Of a stretch of DNA of 64,000 nt, positions 55,684-64,000 are shown piece after piece (the stretch's first letter is position 1; each line of letters begins with the position of its first letter). The notes under the pieces were generated by a model. That model did no database searches, had not been told where the DNA came from, and was given only the letters and a program-made list of their open reading frames with translations. The stretch is from Actinomycetota bacterium (GTDB lineage: Bacteria; Actinomycetota; AC-67): positions 2,031 through 66,030 of the forward strand of contig DATGHY010000358.1 of NCBI GenBank assembly GCA_035307625.1. The letters run 5' to 3'. A program made the translations under genes and the position numbers.

Positions 55684-56903
55684 CGCCGCCCGAAGTACGG
55701 AGCGACGCGCTCGAGCGTTTCCGTGGTCGCAAGCGCGACTCGCTCTTCCACTTCGCCACGCTTCCCCGCAGGCAAGATCACGCCGTGGTCGTCGAACGAT
55801 TCCGGTAGCTCGCGCGCTCCTTCACTTCGCGCGCGCTCGACCCACTCGGGAGGCAGCTGCGCCGGGACCTCGCCGCCGGCAAGCTCGGCGAAGTAGATCG
55901 TCCACGCGCGCGGGACGACGGCGTAGATCTGATAGCCGCCTCCGCCGGTGGCCACCCAGCGGCCGCCGGCCGTCGAGTGCGCGAGGTCGTGGAACGCGCG
56001 CGCCAGGTACCGATACGTCTTCGTCGTCAGCGCGAGATGCGCGAGCGGGTCGGTCGCGTGCGTGTCACAGCCCAGCTGCGTCACGAGCACGTCCGGCTTG
56101 AACCCTTCGACGAGGCCGGGCACGACGCGTTCGAACGCCTCGCAGTAGGCCTCGTCGTAGGTGTAGGGCGGAAGCGAGACGTTGACCTTGGTCCCGGCGG
56201 CGTCGCCGCTCCCCACCTCGTCGGGGAAGCCGGTTCCCGGGAACAGGAAGTGACCCGATTCGTGCAGCGAGATCGTTAGCACGCGCGGGTCGTCGTAGAA
56301 CGCAGCTTGGACGCCGTCGCCGTGGTGGACGTCCACGTCGATGTAGGCAACCCGCGACGCCCCATGATCGAGCAGCCATCGGATCGCGATCGCAGGATCG
56401 TTATAGATGCAGAAGCCCGACGCGTGGTCACGCATCGCGTGGTGCAGACCGCCGGCCGGGTTGAAGGCGTGCTCGACCGTTCCGGACCAAACGGCGTCGG
56501 CAGCGGTGATCGACGCGCCGGCAACGCGCGCGCTCGCGTCGTGCATGCCGGCGAAAGCCGGATCGTCACCCGTTCCGATGCCCCAGCCGTAGTTCCCGTA
56601 CGGGTCGCCGACGTTCTGCGAGATGCGTTCGACGGCGTCGATGTACTCCGGCGCGTGGATCGTCTCGAGCTCCGGACGCGTCGCGATACGGGGGATAACA
56701 GAGGAAACATTCGGCAGCGTGTCGAGCCCGCACGCGCGCACAAGCGCAACGGTCAGAACGACCCGGATCGGTTTGAGGGGATGCTCCGGTCCGAAGTCGT
56801 ACGCTTCGAACGCGTCGTCCCAAACAAGCGCGACGCGGTCGCTCAATCGATCCCTTGCGACTTCTGGAGCTTGCCGCTGTAGTCGACGCTCACAGCTTTC
56901 CAT
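55680..56903 (-). CDS. acuC: Histone deacetylase-family amidohydrolase (AcuC/acetoin-utilisation-type deacetylase)
   Basis: HDAC motifs ..DVDVHHGDGVQ.. and ..SLHESGHFLFPGTG... The ATG at 56903 would overlap ALDH by 61 nt; an alternative TTG at 56846 overlaps the ALDH stop by 4 nt. Confidence 0.8.
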   Translation of the reverse strand: MESCERRLQRQAPEVARDRLSDRVALVWDDAFEAYDFGPEHPLKPIRVVLTVALVRACGLDTLPNVSSVIPRIATRPELETIHAPEYIDAVERISQNVGDPYGNYGWGIGTGDDPAFAGMHDASARVAGASITAADAVWSGTVEHAFNPAGGLHHAMRDHASGFCIYNDPAIAIRWLLDHGASRVAYIDVDVHHGDGVQAAFYDDPRVLTISLHESGHFLFPGTGFPDEVGSGDAAGTKVNVSLPPYTYDEAYCEAFERVVPGLVEGFKPDVLVTQLGCDTHATDPLAHLALTTKTYRYLARAFHDLAHSTAGGRWVATGGGGYQIYAVVPRAWTIYFAELAGGEVPAQLPPEWVERARSEGARELPESFDDHGVILPAGKRGEVEERVALATTETLERVAPYFGRR

Positions 56904-58330
56904 TCGGTGAATTCGTCGAGCGCCGTCGGCCCCGCTTCACGGTGGCCGTTACCGGTCGACTTCATCCCGCCGAACGGCAACTGCACCTCGGCGCCGATGG
57001 TCGGCGCGTTGATGTAGACGACGCCGAATTCGAGCTGCTCGATCGCCTTGAACGTATTCGTGATGTCGTGCGTGTAGATCGAAGCCGACAAGCCGTACTG
57101 GGTGGCGTTGGCGATCTCGATCGCTTCGTCCAAGGAACCGACCTCCGTGATGCCCGTAACCGGGCCGAAGATCTCCTCTTGGAAGATGCGCATCTTCGGC
57201 GTGACGTCGCGGAAGACCGTGGGAGCGACGAAGTTGCCCTTCGCGTACGGTCCGTCCTTCAGCTCATGGCCGCCGGTCAACAGCTTCGCCCCCTCCGACT
57301 GTCCGATGCCGATGTACTCGAGGATCCGCTGCTTCTGCTTGTCGTTTATGACCGGCGCGAGCTCCGTCGACGGGTCCGTTCCGGCTCCGACCTTCATGGT
57401 GTTGACGCGCGCGAGCAGCCGGTCCTGGAACTCCTCGAGGATGGCGCCATGCACGGCCATGCGACTGGTCGCGGTGCAGCGCTGACCGCTGGTCGCAAAC
57501 GCACCCCACGCACCCGCTTCGACCGCAACGTCGAGATCCGCGTCGGGCATCACGATCAGACAGTTCTTCGAGCCGAGCTCCAGCGACACGCGCTTCATCA
57601 TTCGACCGCCGGTCTCGTTGATCTTGCGGCCGACCTCCAGCGAGCCGGTGAACGAGATGCATCGAACGTCGGGGTGCTCGACCAACGGCTGGCCGGACTC
57701 TTCGCCGAGGCCGGTGACGAAGTTGAGCACGCCGGGCGGCAAACCGGCTTCTTCGAACATCTGCACGAGCTTCAGGGCGAGCAGCGGCGTGTCTTCGGCC
57801 GGCTTGAACACCACGGTGCAGCCGCTCACGAGCGCGGGGAACAGCTTCCATGTCGGGATCGCGATCGGGAAGTTCCATGGCGTGATCAAGCCTGCGACGC
57901 CGATCGGGTGACGGATCGTCATCGAGAACTTGTTCGGGAGCTCCGATTTCGTCGTCACGCCGTACATGCGCCGACCCTCGCCCGCCATGAACACTGCGAA
58001 GTCGATCCCCTCTTGGATGTCGGCGCGCGACTCCTTGAGGGTCTTTCCCATCTCGCGCGACATGAGGTGCGCGAGGTCTTCCTTCTGTGCCTCGAGCATC
58101 AGGCCGACCTTGCGCACGTACTCCGCGCGCGCGGGCGCCGGTGTTTTCATCCACTCGGGATACGCACGTTTCGCGGCTTCGACCGCTTCGTTGATGTCCA
58201 CCGCGTCACCGCGCGCGAACACCGCGATCAGATCGTCGCGGTCCGCGGGGTTGCGGTCTTCGAAGATCTCACCGGAGTGGCCGGTGATCCACTCGCCGCC
58301 CGCAAGGATGTCCAGATATTCGTCGACCAT
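56843..58330 (-). CDS. NAD(P)-dependent aldehyde dehydrogenase
   Basis: Catalytic Cys/Glu region ..LELGSKNCLIVMPDADLD.. and ..FTGSLEVGRKI..; 495 aa. Confidence 0.9.
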   Translation of the reverse strand: MVDEYLDILAGGEWITGHSGEIFEDRNPADRDDLIAVFARGDAVDINEAVEAAKRAYPEWMKTPAPARAEYVRKVGLMLEAQKEDLAHLMSREMGKTLKESRADIQEGIDFAVFMAGEGRRMYGVTTKSELPNKFSMTIRHPIGVAGLITPWNFPIAIPTWKLFPALVSGCTVVFKPAEDTPLLALKLVQMFEEAGLPPGVLNFVTGLGEESGQPLVEHPDVRCISFTGSLEVGRKINETGGRMMKRVSLELGSKNCLIVMPDADLDVAVEAGAWGAFATSGQRCTATSRMAVHGAILEEFQDRLLARVNTMKVGAGTDPSTELAPVINDKQKQRILEYIGIGQSEGAKLLTGGHELKDGPYAKGNFVAPTVFRDVTPKMRIFQEEIFGPVTGITEVGSLDEAIEIANATQYGLSASIYTHDITNTFKAIEQLEFGVVYINAPTIGAEVQLPFGGMKSTGNGHREAGPTALDEFTEWKAVSVDYSGKLQKSQGID

Positions 58331-58332
58331 CG

Positions 58333-58902
58333 TTATCCTCCGCCGTCTCGTGAACGGTCGTTCCCATCGTAGCGGCGCGTTCGAGCAGCCTGCGCGGGCG
58401 CCTCCGGCGACACCGCGCTGATCCGCTTCGACATCCGGATCACGTCTTGATCGCCCTCGGGGAACACCATCCCGGCGCGCTCGATCCCTTCGTCCTCATA
58501 TCCCAAGGATCGGTACAAACCATGCGCGCGCGCGTTGCCGGGGAAGACCCCGAGCGCCATCCGCGTCACTCCGAATTCGCGCGCCCACGTTTCCAGGGTG
58601 GTGATCAGCGCGCGGCCGACGCCCATGTCGCGCGCGCCCGCGGAGACGGTGATCCCGAACTCAGCGCTGTGACGCGTCACCATGCGGCGTCCACGTTCGG
58701 CGTTGAGATGTCCGACCACTGTGCCGCCGACCTCCGCAACGAGGGACACACCGTGCGGCCCCCACGGGATCCGGTGCTTGCGCCAGTCGCGCGGCTTCCA
58801 CAGCTCTTTCTCGAGGACGGCGAGCGTGCGCGGTCGTTCGCGCGCGGCTTCGGCGACGATCTCCAGACAGGCGCGCGCATCGCCACCGCGAGCTTCGCGC
58901 AC
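58333..58902 (-). CDS. GNAT-family N-acetyltransferase
   Basis: Acetyl-CoA motif ..RDMGVGRALITTLETWAREFGVTRMALGV... Start chosen at GTG 58902 (GGAAGGGGG ribosome-binding site); an alternative GTG lies at 58929. Confidence 0.7.
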   Translation of the reverse strand: MREARGGDARACLEIVAEAARERPRTLAVLEKELWKPRDWRKHRIPWGPHGVSLVAEVGGTVVGHLNAERGRRMVTRHSAEFGITVSAGARDMGVGRALITTLETWAREFGVTRMALGVFPGNARAHGLYRSLGYEDEGIERAGMVFPEGDQDVIRMSKRISAVSPEAPAQAARTRRYDGNDRSRDGGG

Positions 58903-58954
58903 GACCCCCTTCCGCCCGTCGCGGGTCACGAAGGGGAACGCGCGCGCCACGAGG

Positions 58955-59767
58955 TTAGTTATGCCCTTCGGCGAGCTCGCGCGAACGCTCGGTCGCCGCT
59001 CGCACCGCGTCCAGGAACGCCGACCTGACGCCCGCACGCTCGAGCACGCGCATCGCCGCAACGGTCGTCCCGCCCGGCGATGTGACTTCCTCACGCAGCT
59101 CGACGGGATGCTTCCCGGTCTCTCGCAACATGCGAGCTGCCCCGAGCAGCGTTTGCACGGAGAGCTCGGTCGCAACGTCCCGCGGCAGCCCGACGCCGAC
59201 CGCTGCTTCGATCAACGCCTCGGCCAAGAAGAAAACGTACGCCGGCCCTGTGCCGGAGACGCCGGTCACTGCGTCGAGGTACTTCTCAGGCAGGTGCACG
59301 ATGCGGCACGTCGCCGAGAGGATCTCGTCTGCGCGAGCCATGTGCTCGGCCGTCGCATGCGCGCCGGCGGCGATCGCAGCGGCGCCTTCACGAAGCAGCG
59401 CCGCAGTGTTCGGCATAGCGCGCACTATGGGAACACCCGGACCGAGGTGTTTCTGGATCAGCGAGATCGGGATGCCGGCCGCGATCGAGATGACGAGATG
59501 CTCGGGCGTGATCGCCGCCGCCATCGCACCCAGCACGTCATCGATGTCTTGTGGTTTCACTGCGACGAGAACGTTCTTTGCCTGTCGCACAGCCTCTGCG
59601 GCATCGGCGGTCGTGCCTACCCCGTACTCCTTCCCGAGGAACTCGCGGCGCTCTTCGTGGATCTCGCACACGAGGATCTCGTCGGGTTCGGCCCAGCCGG
59701 CGTGAACGAGGCCGCCGATGAGTGCCTCCCCCATCTTGCCGCCGCCGATGATCGCAAGCTTCGCCAT
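58955..59767 (-). CDS. proC: Pyrroline-5-carboxylate reductase
   Basis: MAKLAIIGGGKMGEAL Rossmann start; ..GGTTVAAMRVLE.. C-terminal motif. Confidence 0.9.
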   Translation of the reverse strand: MAKLAIIGGGKMGEALIGGLVHAGWAEPDEILVCEIHEERREFLGKEYGVGTTADAAEAVRQAKNVLVAVKPQDIDDVLGAMAAAITPEHLVISIAAGIPISLIQKHLGPGVPIVRAMPNTAALLREGAAAIAAGAHATAEHMARADEILSATCRIVHLPEKYLDAVTGVSGTGPAYVFFLAEALIEAAVGVGLPRDVATELSVQTLLGAARMLRETGKHPVELREEVTSPGGTTVAAMRVLERAGVRSAFLDAVRAATERSRELAEGHN

Positions 59768-59917
59768 GGTCACCTGGGCGAATGCTAACCGACGGCATCG
59801 CGCGGACGGCACCCTTATCGGGAAAGAGAACTTGAGATCTTGTTGCCTCGAGGGCTTGACTGGGGCTGAGGCGCGGCGTACTTTATCTATCATCCTAGAT
59901 AGATAGGGGATTAGCAC

Positions 59918-60310
59918 ATGATCGAGTTTCGGCTCGAGAGCCGTTCCGGGATCGCTCCCTACCTCCAGATCGTCCAGCAGGTGAAGCACGCGCTCCGCCT
60001 CGGGATGCTCCGGACGGGCGACCAGCTTCCCACGGTGAAAGAGGTCGTCGGGTCGATCGCGATCAACCCCAACACGGTGCTGAAGGCCTACCGCGAGCTG
60101 GAGCATGAGGGCCTCGTCGAGGGCAGGCCGGGCGTGGGTACGTTCGTTCTGAAAGGCCTCGACGGTCCCCCGCCCCAAGCGCACGCGGCCCTTCGTCGCA
60201 GCCTGTTGCGTTGGATCCGCACTGCCATCGATGCGGGTTTGGACTACGACAGCGTCGAGGCGCTGTTCGACTCTACCTTTCGCGAATCCGCTGAGGAGGA
60301 AATAGCGTGA
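59918..60310 (+). CDS. GntR-family transcriptional regulator (small YtrA-like)
   Basis: Winged-HTH ..LPTVKEVVGSIAINPNTVLKAYRELEHEGLVEGRPGVGTFV..; overlaps the downstream ABC ATPase start. Confidence 0.85.
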   Translation: MIEFRLESRSGIAPYLQIVQQVKHALRLGMLRTGDQLPTVKEVVGSIAINPNTVLKAYRELEHEGLVEGRPGVGTFVLKGLDGPPPQAHAALRRSLLRWIRTAIDAGLDYDSVEALFDSTFRESAEEEIA

Positions 60311-61206
60311 ACGCTCTGGAAGCCTCAGGCCTATCCAAGCGCTACGGGAAACACTGGGCTCTCGAGAACTGCGCGTTCGAGCTGCCTTCCGGAAGCATCG
60401 CGGGTCTCGTCGGCCCGAACGGTGCCGGCAAGACGACGCTGCTGCATATAGCGGTCGGGCTGCTCGAACCCACGCGCGGATCGCTCCGCATCTTGGGCGA
60501 AAGGCCCGGGGCCGCCCAGGTACTCCCCCGTGTTGGATTCGTGGCGCAAGACACCCCGCTTTACAAGGGATTCAAGGTCTCCGAAATGATCTCGTTCGGC
60601 GCCCATATGAACGTCGGGTTCGACATGGAGTTCGCGCGCTCTCGGATCGCCCGCCTCGAGATTCCGCCCGACCAGAAGGCAGGATCGCTCTCAGGCGGCC
60701 AGCGCGCGCAAGTTGGGCTCGCACTCGCACTCGCGAAGCGTCCCGAGATCCTTCTGCTCGATGAGCCACTCGCAAGCCTCGACCCACTCGCACGCCGCGA
60801 GTTCCTTCAGACCCTCATGGAGGGAGTCGCCGACACAGGCGTAACGGTCGTTCTGTCGTCGCATCTGCTCACCGATCTCGAGCGTGTATGCGACCACATG
60901 ATGGTCCTCGCGCGCGGGCGCTTCCGGTTGATCGGGGATACAGCCGACATCATCAAGACGCACAAAGTGTTGATCGGTCCGAAGGAACGCGTGGGATCCA
61001 TCTCCGGCGTCTCCAATGTCTTGCACCAAAGCACGACGGACCGCCAGGCGACGCTGCTCGTCCGCACGGATGGTCCGATCATCGATCCTTCCTGGATGGT
61101 GAATCAGGTTTCATTAGAGGACGTGGTCTTGGCCTATCTCGACTCTCGATCGACGAGCGCCGACGCTGTGCCTGATCTCCACGCCGTTGAGGAGGTAGCT
61201 CGATGA
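60307..61206 (+). CDS. ABC transporter ATP-binding protein
   Basis: Walker A GPNGAGKTTL, signature LSGGQRAQ, Walker B LLLDEP. Confidence 0.88.
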   Translation: MNALEASGLSKRYGKHWALENCAFELPSGSIAGLVGPNGAGKTTLLHIAVGLLEPTRGSLRILGERPGAAQVLPRVGFVAQDTPLYKGFKVSEMISFGAHMNVGFDMEFARSRIARLEIPPDQKAGSLSGGQRAQVGLALALAKRPEILLLDEPLASLDPLARREFLQTLMEGVADTGVTVVLSSHLLTDLERVCDHMMVLARGRFRLIGDTADIIKTHKVLIGPKERVGSISGVSNVLHQSTTDRQATLLVRTDGPIIDPSWMVNQVSLEDVVLAYLDSRSTSADAVPDLHAVEEVAR

Positions 61207-62216
61207 TCTGGGTCGCATGGCGCCAACATCGCACGCTGATGCTTTGGGGAGCAGTAGCCGTCGCCGCGATGACGCTCTTTCTGATTCCCACCGGCATCGG
61301 CATGTCGCACTTTTTCACATCGAGCGGCCTGGCTCGATGTCTCTCAACGGTCGGCGCCGATTGTGGTGACCTCGGCCAGCAGTTCGACAGTCGTTACAGC
61401 GGGTATGCGTTCCTCGTTCCGCTCTTCTTGATGGCGCCGGTCCTGTTCGGCATGTTCTTCGGCGCACCGTTGATCGCGCGGGAGATGGACGGCGGCACCT
61501 ATCGGCTCGCGTGGACGCAAGGTGTGAGCCGGCCACGCTGGTTGTCGACGAAGCTCGCGGTCGTCATCGGGTCCGCGCTCGTCGGCGCCATAGCGTTGGC
61601 GCTTCTAGTCACCTGGTGGAGCCGGCCACTCATCACGAACGGCGCATCTCGATTCCGGCCGGGCATCTTCGACCTTCGCGGCGTCGTCCCCATCGCTTAC
61701 ACGATCTTCGCTGTGATGCTGGGCGTAGCGATCGGTACGTTGATAAAGAAGACCCTCCCCGCAGTCGGCGTGACGCTGGTTGCTTTCGCGGGCGTCCGCG
61801 TCGGCATCGAGCTCTTCCTACGGCAGCACTACATGACCGCGAAGACGCTCACGCAGTCGCTCATCTCGTCGAAGGGCCCTCCCGGTGCGGGGGCGGCTGA
61901 CTGGATCATCCGAGAGAACACGATCGATCGGCTCGGTCACATCGTCTCTAGCGGACGAGGGCCGGACTTCGGCTACCTCGCGGCGCGCTGCCCCGCCCTC
62001 GCCGCGGCAGGTCCATTTCCGAAATTTGCTACAGCGGTACCGGGCCAGGCAGACCCCTTCGCGGCCTGCGTTCAGCACCTCGGCCTGCGCGACATGATCG
62101 TTTATCAACCCGCGTCACGTTTCTGGACCTTCCAGTGGATCGAGTTCGGCATCTTCATCGCGCTCGCGATCGGACTAGCCGTGTTTACGGTGTGGAGAAC
62201 GAAGCGGCTCAGCTAG
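61203..62216 (+). CDS. ABC-2 family transporter permease
   Basis: 6 predicted TM helices; translationally coupled to the ATPase (ATGA overlap). Confidence 0.78.
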   Translation: MIWVAWRQHRTLMLWGAVAVAAMTLFLIPTGIGMSHFFTSSGLARCLSTVGADCGDLGQQFDSRYSGYAFLVPLFLMAPVLFGMFFGAPLIAREMDGGTYRLAWTQGVSRPRWLSTKLAVVIGSALVGAIALALLVTWWSRPLITNGASRFRPGIFDLRGVVPIAYTIFAVMLGVAIGTLIKKTLPAVGVTLVAFAGVRVGIELFLRQHYMTAKTLTQSLISSKGPPGAGAADWIIRENTIDRLGHIVSSGRGPDFGYLAARCPALAAAGPFPKFATAVPGQADPFAACVQHLGLRDMIVYQPASRFWTFQWIEFGIFIALAIGLAVFTVWRTKRLS

Positions 62217-63124
62217 CCGCGAGCGAGCGATTCGAGGAAGAACCGGACGTTTGCGGGCCGCTCGGCGATGCGACGCATCAGGTACGGGTACCACTCACTG
62301 CCGAACGGCACGTACACGCGCAGGCGATACCCCTCGGCGTCGAGTCGGCGCTGGAGCTCGCGCCGCACGCCGTAGAGCATCTGGAACTCGTATGTCCCCG
62401 GCGTCTTACCAACGCGATCTATCTGTCGCAGGACGTGCTGGATCAGCCGCTCGTCGTGAGTCGCGATCATCGCGTAGGACGGTGAGGTGAGCAGCCGGTT
62501 GGCCAGGCGCGCGAATGCCGCGTCGACCTCCGGGTGCTTCCGGTAGGCGATCTCCCCCGGCTCGCTGTACGCGCCTTTGCAAAGCCGGATGCCCACCTTG
62601 GCTTCGATCAGCCGCTCGAGATCGGCGGCCGAACGGTGCAAGTACGCCTGGATCGCGATGCCGACGGCCCCAGGATGCGCGTGTCCCAAACGAACGGCTG
62701 CCTCGACCGTGCGCTCGGTGTAGCGGTGGTCTTCCATGTCGAGCGTGACCGAGCTCTTGATCTCGGCGGCGCGCGCAACGATCCCCTCGATCAGGTCGAA
62801 CGCATGGCCGCCGTCGACGTCCAGCCCGAGCTGCGTGAGCTTGACGCTGATGTTCGCCGAGAGGCCCTCGCCGGCGATCCGGTCGAGCGTCGCGAGGTAC
62901 ACGCCGGCGGCCGCTTTGGCTTGCTCGAGGTCGGAGACGTTCTCACCGAGGTAGTCGGCGCTCGCAGACGCACCCTCGGCGTTGATCGCTCGGATCGCTT
63001 CGACCGCGTGGTCGATGTCCTCTCCGGCGACGAAACGAAGCGCAACTTTCCGTCCGAGCCCCCCGGTCGCCAGTCGCCGCACGAACGGGCGGTTGATCAC
63101 GCCGAGGATCAGGTTGCGCAGCAC
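62213..63124 (-). CDS. Proline dehydrogenase (monofunctional PutA-like)
   Basis: 303 aa; PRODH TIM-barrel motifs ..LRFVAGE.., ..VKLTQLG.., ..IQAYLHRS.., ..MLYGVR.. Confidence 0.85.
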   Translation of the reverse strand: MLRNLILGVINRPFVRRLATGGLGRKVALRFVAGEDIDHAVEAIRAINAEGASASADYLGENVSDLEQAKAAAGVYLATLDRIAGEGLSANISVKLTQLGLDVDGGHAFDLIEGIVARAAEIKSSVTLDMEDHRYTERTVEAAVRLGHAHPGAVGIAIQAYLHRSAADLERLIEAKVGIRLCKGAYSEPGEIAYRKHPEVDAAFARLANRLLTSPSYAMIATHDERLIQHVLRQIDRVGKTPGTYEFQMLYGVRRELQRRLDAEGYRLRVYVPFGSEWYPYLMRRIAERPANVRFFLESLARG

Positions 63125-63266
63125 GCTTCAGATTGTAGGTGCGCGCGTAGCGTGGAAAAGACAAGGAGCGAAGACGAAATACATAGGGCCCGAGGTGTCC
63201 TACCGGTGGTCCGCGTCACACCTTGCGGCGTTTCGCGATCCGCCCTCAGACTCCCCGGGCCCTAAG

Positions 63267-63493
63267 TGCCCCGAGCAACCCCCACGAACCGTCTTGGTTT
63301 CCTTGTGGTAAACCCCACAGACGTTCGACTTTGGGTTACTTACCCTTCTGGTAGTTTACCCGCCAGACCAGCAAGTTAGCTGTCCCTACCGGCCTGACAG
63401 TGCACCCCCACTCGGTTGGGCTCCTTACGGCCAGCCCGCCCGCAGCGTTCCCATTCGGTTCCCTGATTCGGCCGTTCCGGCCGCTCGGGGCAC
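63267..63493 (-). ncRNA. Unclassified highly structured RNA element (about 227 nt) closed by a perfect 11-bp helix; probably a cis-regulatory leader (riboswitch-like) of the proline dehydrogenase gene, or an independent sRNA
   Basis: GTGCCCCGAGC ... GCTCGGGGCAC terminal inverted repeat enclosing at least 6 local hairpins. A sigma-70-like promoter (TTGAAA-N16-TATCTT) sits 7 nt before the 5' end on the minus strand. A GC-rich long stem plus U-rich tract follows, between the element and the gene start. Confidence 0.4.
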
Positions 63494-63497
63494 GCGA

Positions 63498-63525
63498 AAG
63501 ATACCACGCGATTCTCTCGTTTCAA
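63498..63525 (-). promoter_or_regulatory. Candidate sigma-70-type promoter (-35 TTGAAA, 16-nt spacer, -10 TATCTT) driving the structured RNA
   Basis: Minus-strand TTGAAAC-N16-TATCTT-TCGCG-TG with the predicted TSS at the first base of the closing helix; AT-rich patch in GC-rich DNA. Confidence 0.35.
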
Positions 63526-63646
63526 GAATGGGAAAAGACCTGGTCGTTTTGCAAAACCGCAGGTGATTGAAAAAACGAGAAGAAGAGCGTGAAAAAAATC
63601 TTCGCGCAAACCTTTGCAAGCATGTCGAACGTGTCGCTGCGCGCGA

Positions 63647-63964
63647 TCACGACCCTGCGTTGCGCGCGCGCCACGCCATGTCGGCTTCGAGATACGACTT
63701 GAAGCCCACCTCGATCGCCGCGTTGAACAAGCCGTCCGCTTCGATGAGCAGCGAGCCGATGATGCGGTCGAGCTCGTCGGTGTCGAGGCCTTGCGCGGCG
63801 CGCGCGCCCACGAGGAACACGTCTCCTTGCGCATCCAGAGCGAAGTGCACGCCGTACGCGCGCGCGTTCCTCCTAAGCAGCATCTCGTAGAACTCGGCGA
63901 GATTCTCTTGCGGCCGGCGCATGAAGAAGGACTCGAAGATCACTCGATCGCCCGAGAGCGCCAC
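63647..63964 (-). CDS. Hypothetical protein (possible YbjN-like domain protein)
   Basis: 105 aa ORF with high third-position GC; ..GVHFALDAQGDVFLVGARAAQGLDTDELDRIIGSLLIEADGLF.. resembles the YbjN-family C-terminal half. Confidence 0.4.
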   Translation of the reverse strand: MALSGDRVIFESFFMRRPQENLAEFYEMLLRRNARAYGVHFALDAQGDVFLVGARAAQGLDTDELDRIIGSLLIEADGLFNAAIEVGFKSYLEADMAWRARNAGS

Positions 63965-64000
63965 GCCGAGCGGGATCGTGTGCTTGCGGTCACCGCGAAG

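Noticed and set aside
63267-63493. RNase P RNA, tmRNA, SRP RNA or 6S RNA as identity of the structured element
   Set aside because: No P4/CR-I/CR-IV motifs (AGGAAAGUCCGGGCUCC, ACAGAANCCGGCUUA), no tmRNA tag or CCA end, and no SRP domain IV motif. The multi-branch rather than single long helix architecture argues against 6S.
1-64000. CRISPR arrays, tRNA/rRNA genes, transposases/integrases, toxin-antitoxin pairs
   Set aside because: No spaced direct repeats, tRNA cloverleaf signatures (e.g. GGTTCGAATCC T-arms) or DDE/tyrosine recombinase-like ORFs were seen. The window looks like stable core chromosome.

Overview
This window is a high-GC (about 68-70%) chromosomal segment of actinobacterial type, almost entirely core energy and cofactor metabolism rather than accessory DNA. 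From 5' to 3' on the reverse strand it holds a complete complex I operon (nuoA-nuoM, plus the N-terminus of nuoN running off the window start). A geranylgeranyl-reductase gene lies immediately upstream of nuoA, and a perfect Rex operator lies upstream of that. A cytochrome c maturation cluster follows: resA/ccsX, ccdA, an inserted permease with a C-terminal heavy-metal-binding domain, resB, resC. It is flanked by an F420-type luciferase-like oxidoreductase gene. On the forward strand there is a 7-gene operon for a b6c-type Rieske/cytochrome b complex: small membrane protein, 2x[4Fe-4S] ferredoxin, split cytochrome b6, subunit IV with a long Ala/Pro-rich N-terminal extension, Rieske protein, dihaem cytochrome c, membrane protein. 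A Rex/CRP-type palindrome precedes it. Next comes the classic actinobacterial rex-hem operon (rex, sirC-like, hemA, hemC, cobA-hemD fusion, methyltransferase, hemB, aldo-keto reductase, hemL) with its own Rex box. Further on: a fatty-acyl-CoA ligase and an FAD oxidoreductase; a probable class-I c-di-GMP (GEMM) riboswitch in front of a secreted CAP/PR-1-domain protein; a sugar-phosphate isomerase; a stand-alone receiver domain; a LarA-like protein; an ECF sigma / anti-sigma pair followed by a large secreted Leu/Ala/Asn-rich protein with a C-terminal anchor; lipid and nucleotide-sugar genes; the tiny ribosomal protein bS22 gene; a Clp1-like P-loop protein; an excisionase-type HTH protein; proline and aldehyde metabolism genes (acuC-like deacetylase, ALDH, GNAT, proC, proline dehydrogenase); and a GntR-ABC module. 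At the 3' end, a roughly 230-nt highly structured RNA element closed by a perfect 11-bp helix, with its own sigma-70-like promoter, sits in the leader of the proline dehydrogenase gene. No CRISPR arrays, tRNAs, rRNAs or obvious mobile elements were seen. Many long ORFs in the six-frame track are GC-rich antisense artefacts and were not called.
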